Below are positions 41,301-49,300 of a stretch of 55,670 nt of DNA, one piece after another. The notes beneath the pieces are model-generated. The model saw only the letters and a list, made by a program, of their open reading frames with translations. It had not been told where the DNA came from and made no database searches. Every line of letters starts with the position of its first letter. Positions within the stretch are counted from its first letter, which is position 1. This DNA comes from a virus (taxonomy: Duplodnaviria; Caudoviricetes): the IMG/VR virus record IMGVR_UViG_3300027491_000004, positions 1 to 55,670 of that record, one strand, 5' to 3'. The position numbers and the translations under genes are program-made.

Positions 41301-42426
41301 ATCCGGTGGTACAATTACCAGTTCAGGCAATTTAACAGTAACAGGCGGCACTATCACTGGTGGCGCAAGCGGATTATCACTTGCTGCCGGCGGCACTAAT
41401 CAGAATATAACACTTACTTCTAGTGGTACTGGCAGAATTGATATCGTCGGACCTGCCAATGCAATTGCAGCAAGAATCGGTGCGGCAAGTCAATATCTGA
41501 CGGTCGGTTCTTATACTCCAAATTCGGCGGGTGCAACTCTTGGATATAATGGAACTCAGTACTTAGGACTTAATGCTTTCTTTGGAGTTCTTGTGGGGCG
41601 CACCTATGTATCTAACAATACTACTGCTCCTGCCGATGGAATGATAATACAGGGCAACGTTGGTATCGGGACAACGAGTCCTTCGGCAAAATTAGATATC
41701 TCCGGTAATTCAGTTCAAGACGTAGGTTTAGTTAGATTCATTAATGATTCAACGTCTGGAACATTTGTTCCAACTGCAAGCTTTATTCAAACTCGCGGTA
41801 ATCATAGTTACGGTACAGTTGCGGAATTTAGAGTTAACACCGCTGGCGACACTGATCGACCGACAATTTTATTCAGATCAGCGCAAGCTGCACACCAATG
41901 GCGCGTAGGTCAAGTAACTTCTGGATGGGGAACAAATGATAATTTTGGAATTGGTTATGTCGCGTCAAATGCTTCTCCAGTTGCATGGCCAACAAATTAT
42001 TTTACAATTACTACCGGCGGTAATGTTGGAATTGGAGTAACTGGTCCATCATACAAACTTGAAGTCAACGGTTCATTTGCAGCAACAACTAAGAGCTTCG
42101 TAATTAAGCATCCGACAAAGGAAGGTAAGAAGCTTCGCTACGGATCGCTCGAAGGTCCTGAGAATGGCGTATATGTCCGAGGCAAGCTCAAGGGATCGAA
42201 TGTCATCGAGCTTCCTGACTACTGGACAAAGCTTATTGATCCTGAGTCGATCACTGTTCAGCTCACACCGATCGGCTCGCACCAGAAGCTGTATGTCGAG
42301 AAGATCGAGGATAATAAGGTTTATATCGCAAACGAGAATCTGCTCGCGAAGGCGATCAACTGCTTCTTCTATGTGCTTGCAGAACGTATCGATGTTGAGA
42401 AACTTCAGGTCGAAATTGACGCATAA
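35323..42426 (+). CDS. Very long modular tail fibre (2367 aa)
   Basis: About nine GNVGIG-type repeats, two DRGIEF(R/K)WH modules, a knob-like segment, and C-terminal KSFVIKHP...LRYGSLEGPENGVY.RG...IELPDYW..L...SITVQLTP domain. Confidence 0.85.
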   Translation: MAIKSFLSEGGFSVGSVGSTPIEVIDSSGNVTAVGLTVSGNLIVNGSTTTINSTTTTLDDPIFTLGGDTAPTSDDNKDRGIEFRWHTGSLAKVGFFGYDDSTGKFVFIPDATNNSEVFAGTKGTLDANIEWADVLNKPDPVVTVTLTGDVTGTANATLTDLGNGTITVATTIAADSIALGTDTTGNYVASITNGSYITGGNGGSEGAALTLAVDATSANTASKVVARDASGNFSAGVITGTRLEARNSGATQIYLDSTTSGSKEIVFQNNGATAGYVWASGSYVGLGGGGAATSLFVTAASGNTGIGTTSPGGRLEVNFTAATGATALILRTSDGGANGTIRWQNSTAVNGAAIGSNYNVSDVGALEFLNGNTTNVIFRSSGNVGIGTTAPGQKLEVNGNILAGNSVANNSISVTRTGANSSSLSLQAFTDSPAITWDGAGGYLRFIYSSTEQMRITSGGNVGIGVTSPGAKLHVAGAHADEGADRAATTAFIVDTKTNGTGDGKTYIKTGWVNTGNYGVSTLAVGYYASGTQVRDVITMLGTGNVGIGVSAPVVPLEVKDAGAGNKVAHFGSGYVRIGGSIDNGSSTVLNVAPGVVAFDAPGVVGGRFTINSSGNVGIGNTSPSNKLDVTGAIRTTDWYYVDGSGFGMYNNATGLYLSTIGNNWDISSASGQTWSGLRLYSGGKNVTWRGHFYGDGTGQGFLDSAGNWALRVDSSKRLIAYSGIANMDAGIRVSMPGGAAYATTTSTITGAFKIKLPTARYKSDSMLRMTINIYQYSTGQSLKFNVGGYNYNHATNAWLNVFAEQESDSNATVYTVRFGDDGTSNCIWIGETNSTWSYPQVFVSDFQAGFGGTTADWASSWAITAVTAFDTVYTSRVSAIKVTSNNIGTYGVSSITGTANQITASASTGAVTLSLPQNIHTGATPTFSSLTLSGDVITLSGSGVSAYANSTARIYNQAGVGPTINGNSLEVRTGSSGTLALTVNSSQHSLFAGRASTGVFPGFTSAQLPQYGMGVAYGTDATSYAATGATRAPDGYTIAIGPFNNTNRYSQIVFGVGNGGVNGFSYIGGAAHGTSYLAHLIFGRTTGSASYAESMRIDGSSGNVLIGGVIDGGQKLQVNGTGYFAGSVQSRAAAASFVAANYDYTGDYSLASTVGSLIGSNSTSASLRIAVLGSDTTSDPFVNFLTAGATNWSVGVDNSDSDSFKITNTTGVGSNEKLTITTAGAATFAAGITVNSSITSGAGSLSLNGASGNGVIINNSLTGGVNIGAVPTQVGILSVRPVADGIFNFRNAASLGSYTGGAIDMLNDATNTVTNLTFRAAAYNFLTGAATFAGAVTFNGATTHSGSATFNSGARIIPDGGSASATGVGFTAGNGFFYTGSNIVRIAAAGVEAATFSATAATFAGAVTVAGNLTITASGKQTLGQSVNATVYAGNSTTLDQAIILSNTRRANYGDVMIAKNLEGVASTDSYATPGTTVATGYAAVEMRYGGAVRVYGNSGATTAAATVSPNVLAEFTPTSVALNQNTSVTGNLTVSGNLIINGTTTTVNSTVSTIKDPIVTLGGGDAGTAAASDDNKDRGIEFKWHNGTAAKTGFFGFDDSTGYFTFIPDATNTSEVFSGTQGDIQASNFRGNLIGNVTGNVSGSAGSVATLTAGSYLTGTSSSFNGSTAVTFAVDATSANTVSKVVARDASGNFSAGTITAALSGNASTSSDSSLLNGISAINLYNNMGEGHGQRTSFDATTPSYGFGYRYVQGSTNGPGTGGGVSGQFYSWYIGLGSQYPATGANSHGAMFAVDRNSATPYLSVRFNESNAFGSWYKIRAGAADSWSTARTLTIGSTGKSVNGSADVAWTASEIGTSANTASTIVARDASGSFSAGASNFIGPATTTAYALRVAKGNAADTGGHTTFLGMACETTSWSKGAIGWTRTGSYDTGQLGFFINTAVDATSAATSDLKMVILGNGNVGIGLAFGTAPSYKLEVSGTGYFSGALSSGGTITSSGNLTVTGGTITGGASGLSLAAGGTNQNITLTSSGTGRIDIVGPANAIAARIGAASQYLTVGSYTPNSAGATLGYNGTQYLGLNAFFGVLVGRTYVSNNTTAPADGMIIQGNVGIGTTSPSAKLDISGNSVQDVGLVRFINDSTSGTFVPTASFIQTRGNHSYGTVAEFRVNTAGDTDRPTILFRSAQAAHQWRVGQVTSGWGTNDNFGIGYVASNASPVAWPTNYFTITTGGNVGIGVTGPSYKLEVNGSFAATTKSFVIKHPTKEGKKLRYGSLEGPENGVYVRGKLKGSNVIELPDYWTKLIDPESITVQLTPIGSHQKLYVEKIEDNKVYIANENLLAKAINCFFYVLAERIDVEKLQVEIDA
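38993..39548 (+). repeat. Three DNA-identical direct repeats GCCGCCACCTTCGCGG in a high-GC patch
   Basis: Copies at 38998, 39310 and 39523. Copies 2 and 3 share 26 nt; copies 1 and 2 share 21 nt. Confidence 0.85.
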
Positions 42427-43625
42427 TGGCTACATATTATTCACCTAGATCTGTCACTGATGGGCTAGTGCTTTCCCTTGATGCGGGAAATAATAAAAGC
42501 CATGCGCGAAATCGATTCTTGGCCTATGGATCTGGTACAGTAACAGAAAATGTTTCATTTGCTATTCAGGGAAATGGTACTTTTCAAAGAGTTGCTGCGG
42601 GCACTGTAGTTGGTGGATACACGATCAAGACCGAGGATGTAGTCTATAGTTATGCGCTCGGATCAAATGGCTGTCATTATCATGGTAACTCGGTGCAGGT
42701 ACCATCTGGCGTTTATGTGACTTTTTCCTGTGATTATTTGGTGACCGGGGCGACAAACTATCCCGTGAATTCTGCGTTATTAGTATTAGAAAACTATGGA
42801 GGAAATGCTTTGGGTGGGCAAGTAAATGTTGCAAATAGCATACAAGATGTATGGCAAAGAGCATCAATGACAGTTGGGCCTACTGCGGGCATAGGAACTC
42901 AGGCTATGTTTTTGTATCCTGGATTATGCGGAACACGCCTTGCTGATTCTGGAACTCTTTATATGCGAAATCCGCTTGTCGAATGGAAGAATACTGACAG
43001 TGGTAATACAGGATACAATTCCTCAACAAATCTGGGTATTTGGTACGATATGAGTAGAAATGGGTACAATGGTACATTCAGTGGAGTGCCAGTTTATAAT
43101 TCATCTAACAATGGGCATTTGGCATTTGACGGCGTGGATGATTACATCGATCTTGGAAGCACTATTCCGGCTGGCGCATTTTCTACTAGTCAGGCAGTAA
43201 GTATTTTTACTTACGCAAAAATATCATCGGTTGTTTCAAAGAATACTCTAATCAGTTTCAATGCTGAAAGAAGCTTTTTCTTACCGGGAAATAGGTTAAC
43301 AACGACTTATCAATTATACTGGGATTCAGTTGCTGGATGGAAAAACGGCACTAATTCATCTTGGACCGTTGATCAATGGTATTATTTGGGCTGGACAATA
43401 TCAGGTACAACGCTGACGTTTTATGTCAACGGAGTTGCAAATGGCACTGCTACAGTTTCCGCATTTACTCCAACAGCATCGACACCAGTAAGAATCGGAT
43501 TTGCGAATGCTGGAGAGTATGCGGCAGGATCTATTGCATCTGTTTCTGTTTATAATAGAGCGTTGACTACAACGGAAATACTGCAGAACTTTAATGCGCT
43601 GAGAGGACGCTTTGGGTTAACATGA
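42426..43625 (+). CDS. LamG/concanavalin A-like lectin-domain virion protein 1
   Basis: VTDGLVLSLDAGN start, FDGVDDYI, WYY...T..FYVNG and YNRALT..EILQNFNALRGRFG end. Confidence 0.85.
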   Translation: MATYYSPRSVTDGLVLSLDAGNNKSHARNRFLAYGSGTVTENVSFAIQGNGTFQRVAAGTVVGGYTIKTEDVVYSYALGSNGCHYHGNSVQVPSGVYVTFSCDYLVTGATNYPVNSALLVLENYGGNALGGQVNVANSIQDVWQRASMTVGPTAGIGTQAMFLYPGLCGTRLADSGTLYMRNPLVEWKNTDSGNTGYNSSTNLGIWYDMSRNGYNGTFSGVPVYNSSNNGHLAFDGVDDYIDLGSTIPAGAFSTSQAVSIFTYAKISSVVSKNTLISFNAERSFFLPGNRLTTTYQLYWDSVAGWKNGTNSSWTVDQWYYLGWTISGTTLTFYVNGVANGTATVSAFTPTASTPVRIGFANAGEYAAGSIASVSVYNRALTTTEILQNFNALRGRFGLT

Positions 43626-44797
43626 GCTATCATACTAGTCCGAGGATCGTTACAGACAATCTGGTAATGTATATCGATGCCGGTAATAGTAAAAGCTATA
43701 AAGGAGAAGCTACTACTAATTTAATTGGATCTCAATCTTTGTCTTATGGTATATACGCATATGTAACAGGGCCGGTTTCTGCATCTGCACAGTTTTACGA
43801 TTTTTCTCCTATAACTGTCAATCGTTTTACTGTATCTCAGGTCGTTAATACTGCAAGATCAGCATTTTTTCCAACGGTGAGTGTTGGCCAACCGTATACT
43901 TTTTCATGTTATATCAGATACAATGGCAGTAATACTGCTACTCCGTCATTTGTTGTTTCTGCTGCAAAACCACAACCGGAAGGTGGTAACACAATTGCTT
44001 TATCTCAAAGTACCCAGACTCAAACAGCTCTTACAAACAATTGGTACAGACTAATTTACAATTTTACAATATCTTCCAATACCGCAAGCGCGTGTATTTT
44101 AACTATTGGTCTAGCTACTGGATCAGATACTGCTTACTTAAATCAAACTTTTGATGTTTATCAGCCGCAAATAGAAGCAAAGGCTTATGCCACTCAATTT
44201 GTTGCAAATACGCGCGGGACGACTGTTGCCACTGGCGGAGGGCTGTATGACCTATCTGGAAATTCCAATCACTGTACAGTAACATCTACTGGGATTACTA
44301 CTGTATCGACATATGGCGGTGGAGCGGCATGCGATGGATCTTCCGGGTATATCGAGTTGCCATCTATTACTAATGGAATTAATCGTTCAGTGGATATTGT
44401 CTATAGACAAATCAATCTAAATGGTGGTTGGGGTCCACTCTGGAGAAACGATTGGCGCGAAAGAATTTTTACAACTTCATCGACGATAATCAATGCACCT
44501 GGAACATACTATTCGATATCTGGACCAGTTGGTGATACGAATATGGTTCAGATCTGCTATACTATCGATGGATTGACTCTTCGATCTTATAGAAATGCAT
44601 CTCTTCTTAGCACAGATACGATGAATGGCTATATGAATCAGGGTTCTTTCTCGTACAGATTTGGATATCAGTGTGGAGGAGCAACGTGTACTAATGTTGC
44701 CGTAGAGATTTATTCGGTAAAGTTCTACAATAAAGGATTAACATCTTCTGAAGTATTACAAAACTTTAATGCTACAAAACGCCGCTACGGACTATGA
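43622..44797 (+). CDS. LamG/concanavalin A-like lectin-domain virion protein 2
   Basis: PRIVTDNLVMYIDAGN.KSY, a CBM-like insert (YTFSCYIR...NNWYRL...QIE), DLSGN and YNKGLT..EVLQNFNATKRRYGL. Confidence 0.83.
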   Translation: MSYHTSPRIVTDNLVMYIDAGNSKSYKGEATTNLIGSQSLSYGIYAYVTGPVSASAQFYDFSPITVNRFTVSQVVNTARSAFFPTVSVGQPYTFSCYIRYNGSNTATPSFVVSAAKPQPEGGNTIALSQSTQTQTALTNNWYRLIYNFTISSNTASACILTIGLATGSDTAYLNQTFDVYQPQIEAKAYATQFVANTRGTTVATGGGLYDLSGNSNHCTVTSTGITTVSTYGGGAACDGSSGYIELPSITNGINRSVDIVYRQINLNGGWGPLWRNDWRERIFTTSSTIINAPGTYYSISGPVGDTNMVQICYTIDGLTLRSYRNASLLSTDTMNGYMNQGSFSYRFGYQCGGATCTNVAVEIYSVKFYNKGLTSSEVLQNFNATKRRYGL

Positions 44798-46359
44798 GCG
44801 TAATTGCTAATTCTATCATACAACAGAATGGTTTAGTGTATTACTTCGATGCCGGCAATTTGAAGTGTTATCGAGGCGATGCCACCATTAACACTATTCC
44901 GAATCCATCAATTAACGCGTACCCAACAATTGGAAATGGATGGGGAAGTTACAATACAAATCAGTATGGAAGTGGAACATATTTTTCGATTGGAACGGTA
45001 TCCAGTGTAAGCAATAACATCGTTACGATGTCTGCAAACCATAGTTTAAGATCTTATGATGTAATGCAGCCACAGACGAGCGGCGGCGGTGTAACTGCAG
45101 CCACTAATTATCTCATCAAAAAATTATCTGCCACTACCTTTAGCCTCCATAATTACAATTCATCTCAGGATGGATCTCAGGGTTACATTAGTGCATCTAC
45201 GAATACTCATAAAGTTTATGATGATTTTGCAAATGATGTTAAAGTCTCAATTAATGCAACAAATTTTCCTACGATGTGGTGGGGAGCACCGCATTTACCA
45301 AATTCTGGACTAGTTAAAGAAATTATTACGGGTGGATATAACGTAGATCTTTACGCAAAAACAGATTGTATTCGGTTGCACTACATCCGAGATGACGATG
45401 TAAAAGACGGAATGTCGTATAGCGTTGATGCGACAGTAACTCCTGGCGTGCCGAATACCCATTCATGCTGGGCAAGAGCAATTACGCCAAATGCTGTTGG
45501 AAAAAATGTAGGTGTTACTATTTACAACTACGGCGCGAATTCGCCGGTATACTATGGATACAATATTACTCTTGGCGCATTAGGAGTGTGGCAAAGGTTT
45601 ACTAATACATTTACTCCAGTCAATGCGAATATTATTTCGTACTGGTTTGGCAGTGGATCTGGCACATACAAATGGGACTTAGCTAATATACAGGTGGAAG
45701 CAAAGGGATACGCAACTCGATTCGTAGCTGGTACGCGCGGAACTACAGTTGCCACAAGCGGCGGCGCATATGACTTATCTGGTAACTCTAATCACGGAAC
45801 ACTAGTGGGCGGACCAGTTTATAGTACGTTAGGAGGGGGAAGCTTAACATTCGATGGATCGGATGACTATGTAGATCTAGGAACAAATAGCAGTATAGTT
45901 AATGTCACAAATAACATTACAGTCATAGCATGGATTCGTACAGCATCTCCGAATTCTCGCATGACGATATATGGTAATGGATATGGCGGCACCGGAATGA
46001 TATTTGGCACTAGCGCGAATACTCCCGGTGGCCTGGAAGTGTATTATCCTTCAATTTGGGTGGCTTATTCTACTGGAGGAGTTCTACAAGCAAATACTTG
46101 GCAACAGGTATGCTATACCCGGTCTGGCACAGGACTGAATACCCATGCATTTTATATCAATGGAGTAGCTCAAACAGTTACGCAGACTGCAAATGGTGGT
46201 GACGCATTTGCTAACTCTGGTACTAATCGATATATTGGCTTAAGATCTGGAGTAATGATGAATGGCAATATTGCTACTCTTGGAGTTTATAACCGCAATT
46301 TAACTGCGGCCGAGGTACTTCAGAATTTTAATGCCACGAAAGGCCGTTTTGGTCTTTAA
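44794..46359 (+). CDS. LamG/concanavalin A-like lectin-domain virion protein 3
   Basis: GLVYYFDAGN, a long insert, DLSGNSNHGTL, FDGSDDYV, FYING and YNRNLT..EVLQNFNATKGRFGL. Confidence 0.85.
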   Translation: MSVIANSIIQQNGLVYYFDAGNLKCYRGDATINTIPNPSINAYPTIGNGWGSYNTNQYGSGTYFSIGTVSSVSNNIVTMSANHSLRSYDVMQPQTSGGGVTAATNYLIKKLSATTFSLHNYNSSQDGSQGYISASTNTHKVYDDFANDVKVSINATNFPTMWWGAPHLPNSGLVKEIITGGYNVDLYAKTDCIRLHYIRDDDVKDGMSYSVDATVTPGVPNTHSCWARAITPNAVGKNVGVTIYNYGANSPVYYGYNITLGALGVWQRFTNTFTPVNANIISYWFGSGSGTYKWDLANIQVEAKGYATRFVAGTRGTTVATSGGAYDLSGNSNHGTLVGGPVYSTLGGGSLTFDGSDDYVDLGTNSSIVNVTNNITVIAWIRTASPNSRMTIYGNGYGGTGMIFGTSANTPGGLEVYYPSIWVAYSTGGVLQANTWQQVCYTRSGTGLNTHAFYINGVAQTVTQTANGGDAFANSGTNRYIGLRSGVMMNGNIATLGVYNRNLTAAEVLQNFNATKGRFGL

Positions 46360-46365
46360 TAAATA
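46358..46365 (+). promoter_or_regulatory. Late promoter-like AATAAATA
   Basis: One mismatch from consensus, at the junction before ATG 46383. Confidence 0.55.
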
Positions 46366-46382
46366 GCAATAACTTACTCAAT

Positions 46383-49300
46383 ATGGCATCAGACATCGTA
46401 ATCACACCTAGCAGAGGCAGCACAACCGTCAATGCAAAGATCGACTTCACTGGCGCATCGACAGCATCCTCACAGATTCGCCTCGAGGTTCTACCTGATA
46501 ACTCGCTGAGTTTCGTGGGCACCACTGGATCGTTGTTCAGCATCGCAGACAGTGTGACTGGAAGTCTGATGTCAGTCAACGATGCATCGGGTCTTCCGAT
46601 TCTTGAGGTATTTGATACCGACAAGGTCGTGATGGGTCAGTACAATCAGAACACGCTGGTCGTCAATGGAACTCAGGTGGGTATCGGAACCGGTTCTCCC
46701 ACAAATAAACTCACTATTGCCGGAGTAAACAGTAATGGAATTACTCTGACAGGATCAAATGCAACGATCACATCTGCTGGAACAACTCCAAATCTGATAC
46801 TTTCGGCAGGTACTAATATTTACCTGCGCCCAACTAGTGGATACACTGTAACAGTAGATACCGGAAATGGGCTACAAGCAACTACAGGGGATATTCGCGC
46901 GCCATCGTTTATTGATTCGGCTGATTCAACATATTCTTTAGATTTAAATTCTACTGCGGATACAGCATTGCGGATCAGAGGCGGTGCAGTATTTGGGCCA
47001 AACTCGACTTGGTCGAGATATCTGATGGTTGGTGGAAACGGTAGAAGTAATTATACTGACAATACTCAGTATGCAAGCGTTACTACGACAAATGGTAATT
47101 TGCATCTAGATGCCGCGAGTGGATTTAATAGTTATATTAATTGGTATGACGGCACTGATTTAATTGTTGGTGCCGGAGATTCTTCTACAGAAAGATTTAG
47201 AGTTTATGGCTCCTCAAACTATACTTTTGCCAGCGGAGAAATAAGATCCCCAGTATTTAAAGATTCGGCTGATACAGCATATTATGTCGATCCAAACGCA
47301 ACAAGCGTACTATCTAAGCTGTCGATAGGAAATGCTCCGTATGTTTCATCCATTCAGGCCGGTGCACTAGAATTGGGAAGAACGGATACAAATTATCAGT
47401 ATACCAGCGGATGGACAGGATCAATGCAAGGTGGTATTTTAGCAAATTGTTCGGACAATTGGGAGTTTGTAATTCACGACTCTGGGCATAGGCTCGCTTC
47501 AGCATTTGAATTTCGAGGAGCTGGAACAAACGTAATGCGCTTAGGAAGAGATCTTGGGTGGGGCGTCACACCTATTGAAATTCCTGGAAATTTAACGGTA
47601 GTCGGAAATCTTACTGTAAATGGAACAACCACTACAGTCAATTCTACTACAGTTACAATCGATGATCCTATCTTTACTTTAGGTGGAGATACTGCGCCAG
47701 CATCAGACGACAATAAAGATAGAGGAATTGAATTCCGCTGGCATAATGGCACAGCAGCGAAGGCAGGATTCTTCGGATTTGATGATAGTACTGGGTACTT
47801 TACTTTTATTCCAGATTCTACAAATACGTCGGAAGTATTTAGCGGCACTCAAGGCGACATTCAGGCATCTAATTTTAGAGGCAACGTCGTAGGAGGAACT
47901 GTCACTGTAGCTGGAACGTTGACGATTAACAAGAGCGGAACAAATTCTGATATTATTTTCCCGGCTCAAGCTAACGATCCTGGTTATATTCGACACTACG
48001 AAAGTAATAATACTGCTATTATGTATTTCAACGTGTCTGATGACACGAACGATGAATTCCACTTTGGATACACTGGCGATCCATCTACCTTCAGATTAAG
48101 GTCAGACGGAACTGTTCTAGAAGGAATTTGGCAAGGTTCTTCTATCACCACCACATATACTGATGCGAAGGTAGCGACGTTGACCGGTCAATCAGGCAGA
48201 ATTCTAATTCAAGGTGGTGTTTCCGCTAGCGCACAAACTTTAGGATTATCAATACCAGTCGCATTCGACCAAACACTGAAGAACAATGCGCGAAACATTA
48301 CTGGCGGTGGAACAATTAGTGTTTCTGCTTCCGGTGAAGTAAAGTGGTCAGCAAGATTTATCATTATTTCAGGTGGCCGCGGTGCAAATTACGCAACAAG
48401 CGGATATTGGGATATCGATTGCCCCACATCCGGCACGATCACTGGTGTTGGTGGAGCAGCAAACCAAACGGCAAATGCCAATGGAATTCCGATGGGTGGA
48501 TGGCAAGCACTTTATTATATCTTGCCGATTGGAAGCGGAAATGGCAGCCTAGCGGCAAATTTCCGTCTAGTACATTACAGTTCAGATTTGGATATTCCAA
48601 TCGACTGGGTACTAATTTGCGTCAGAAATAGCGATACAGATACATTTTATTTTCCGAATGGAGTAGTACTAGGCCTTGGAGGAGCTTCTGCTAGAGGCTT
48701 ACAAACTTCTGCAAATACTGCAAATGCCGTAGTCATAAGAGATGGATCCGGTAACTTCAGCGCAGGAACAGTCACAGCTACGCAATTCAATGGATCTGGC
48801 GCAGGGCTTTCGTCAGGCACTGTTCCAATTGCATCGCTTGTGGCCGGTGATTACTCATCGAAGATTACTTCTGGAACATATTCGATCAACGTTACTTCTG
48901 CTGATCAAATTGATGGCGTAGCATTTCGTAATACCGGCAGCAATGCTGGAACGGCCGCCGATAGCCTTGAGCAAAATGGAATAACATATGTTAATAGCAA
49001 TATTTCATTACTTGGGCAAACCGATGGCGCTTTATTTTCTCAGGCATATAATTCAACTTGGCAGCACCAAATATATGGAGATTATAGAACTGGTCAAATT
49101 GTTGTTCGTGGTAAAAATAACGGCACATGGCAATCTTGGCGTACAGTATTAGATTCGTCTAATTATACTTCTTATACTGGTCATATTGGTAACGGCACGC
49201 TGACGCTGAATACCTCTGGAAGCGGTATTTCCGGTTCCGCGTCGTTTACCGCAAATCAAAGTGGTGCCGGCACGTTTACTGTAACATCAAATGCTACTTC

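Noticed and set aside
22740-47848. Many minus-strand Val/Pro-rich ORFs of 60-180 aa opposite the fibre genes
   Set aside because: Expected antisense frames of Thr/Gly/Ala/Ser-rich genes; no promoters or recognisable motifs.
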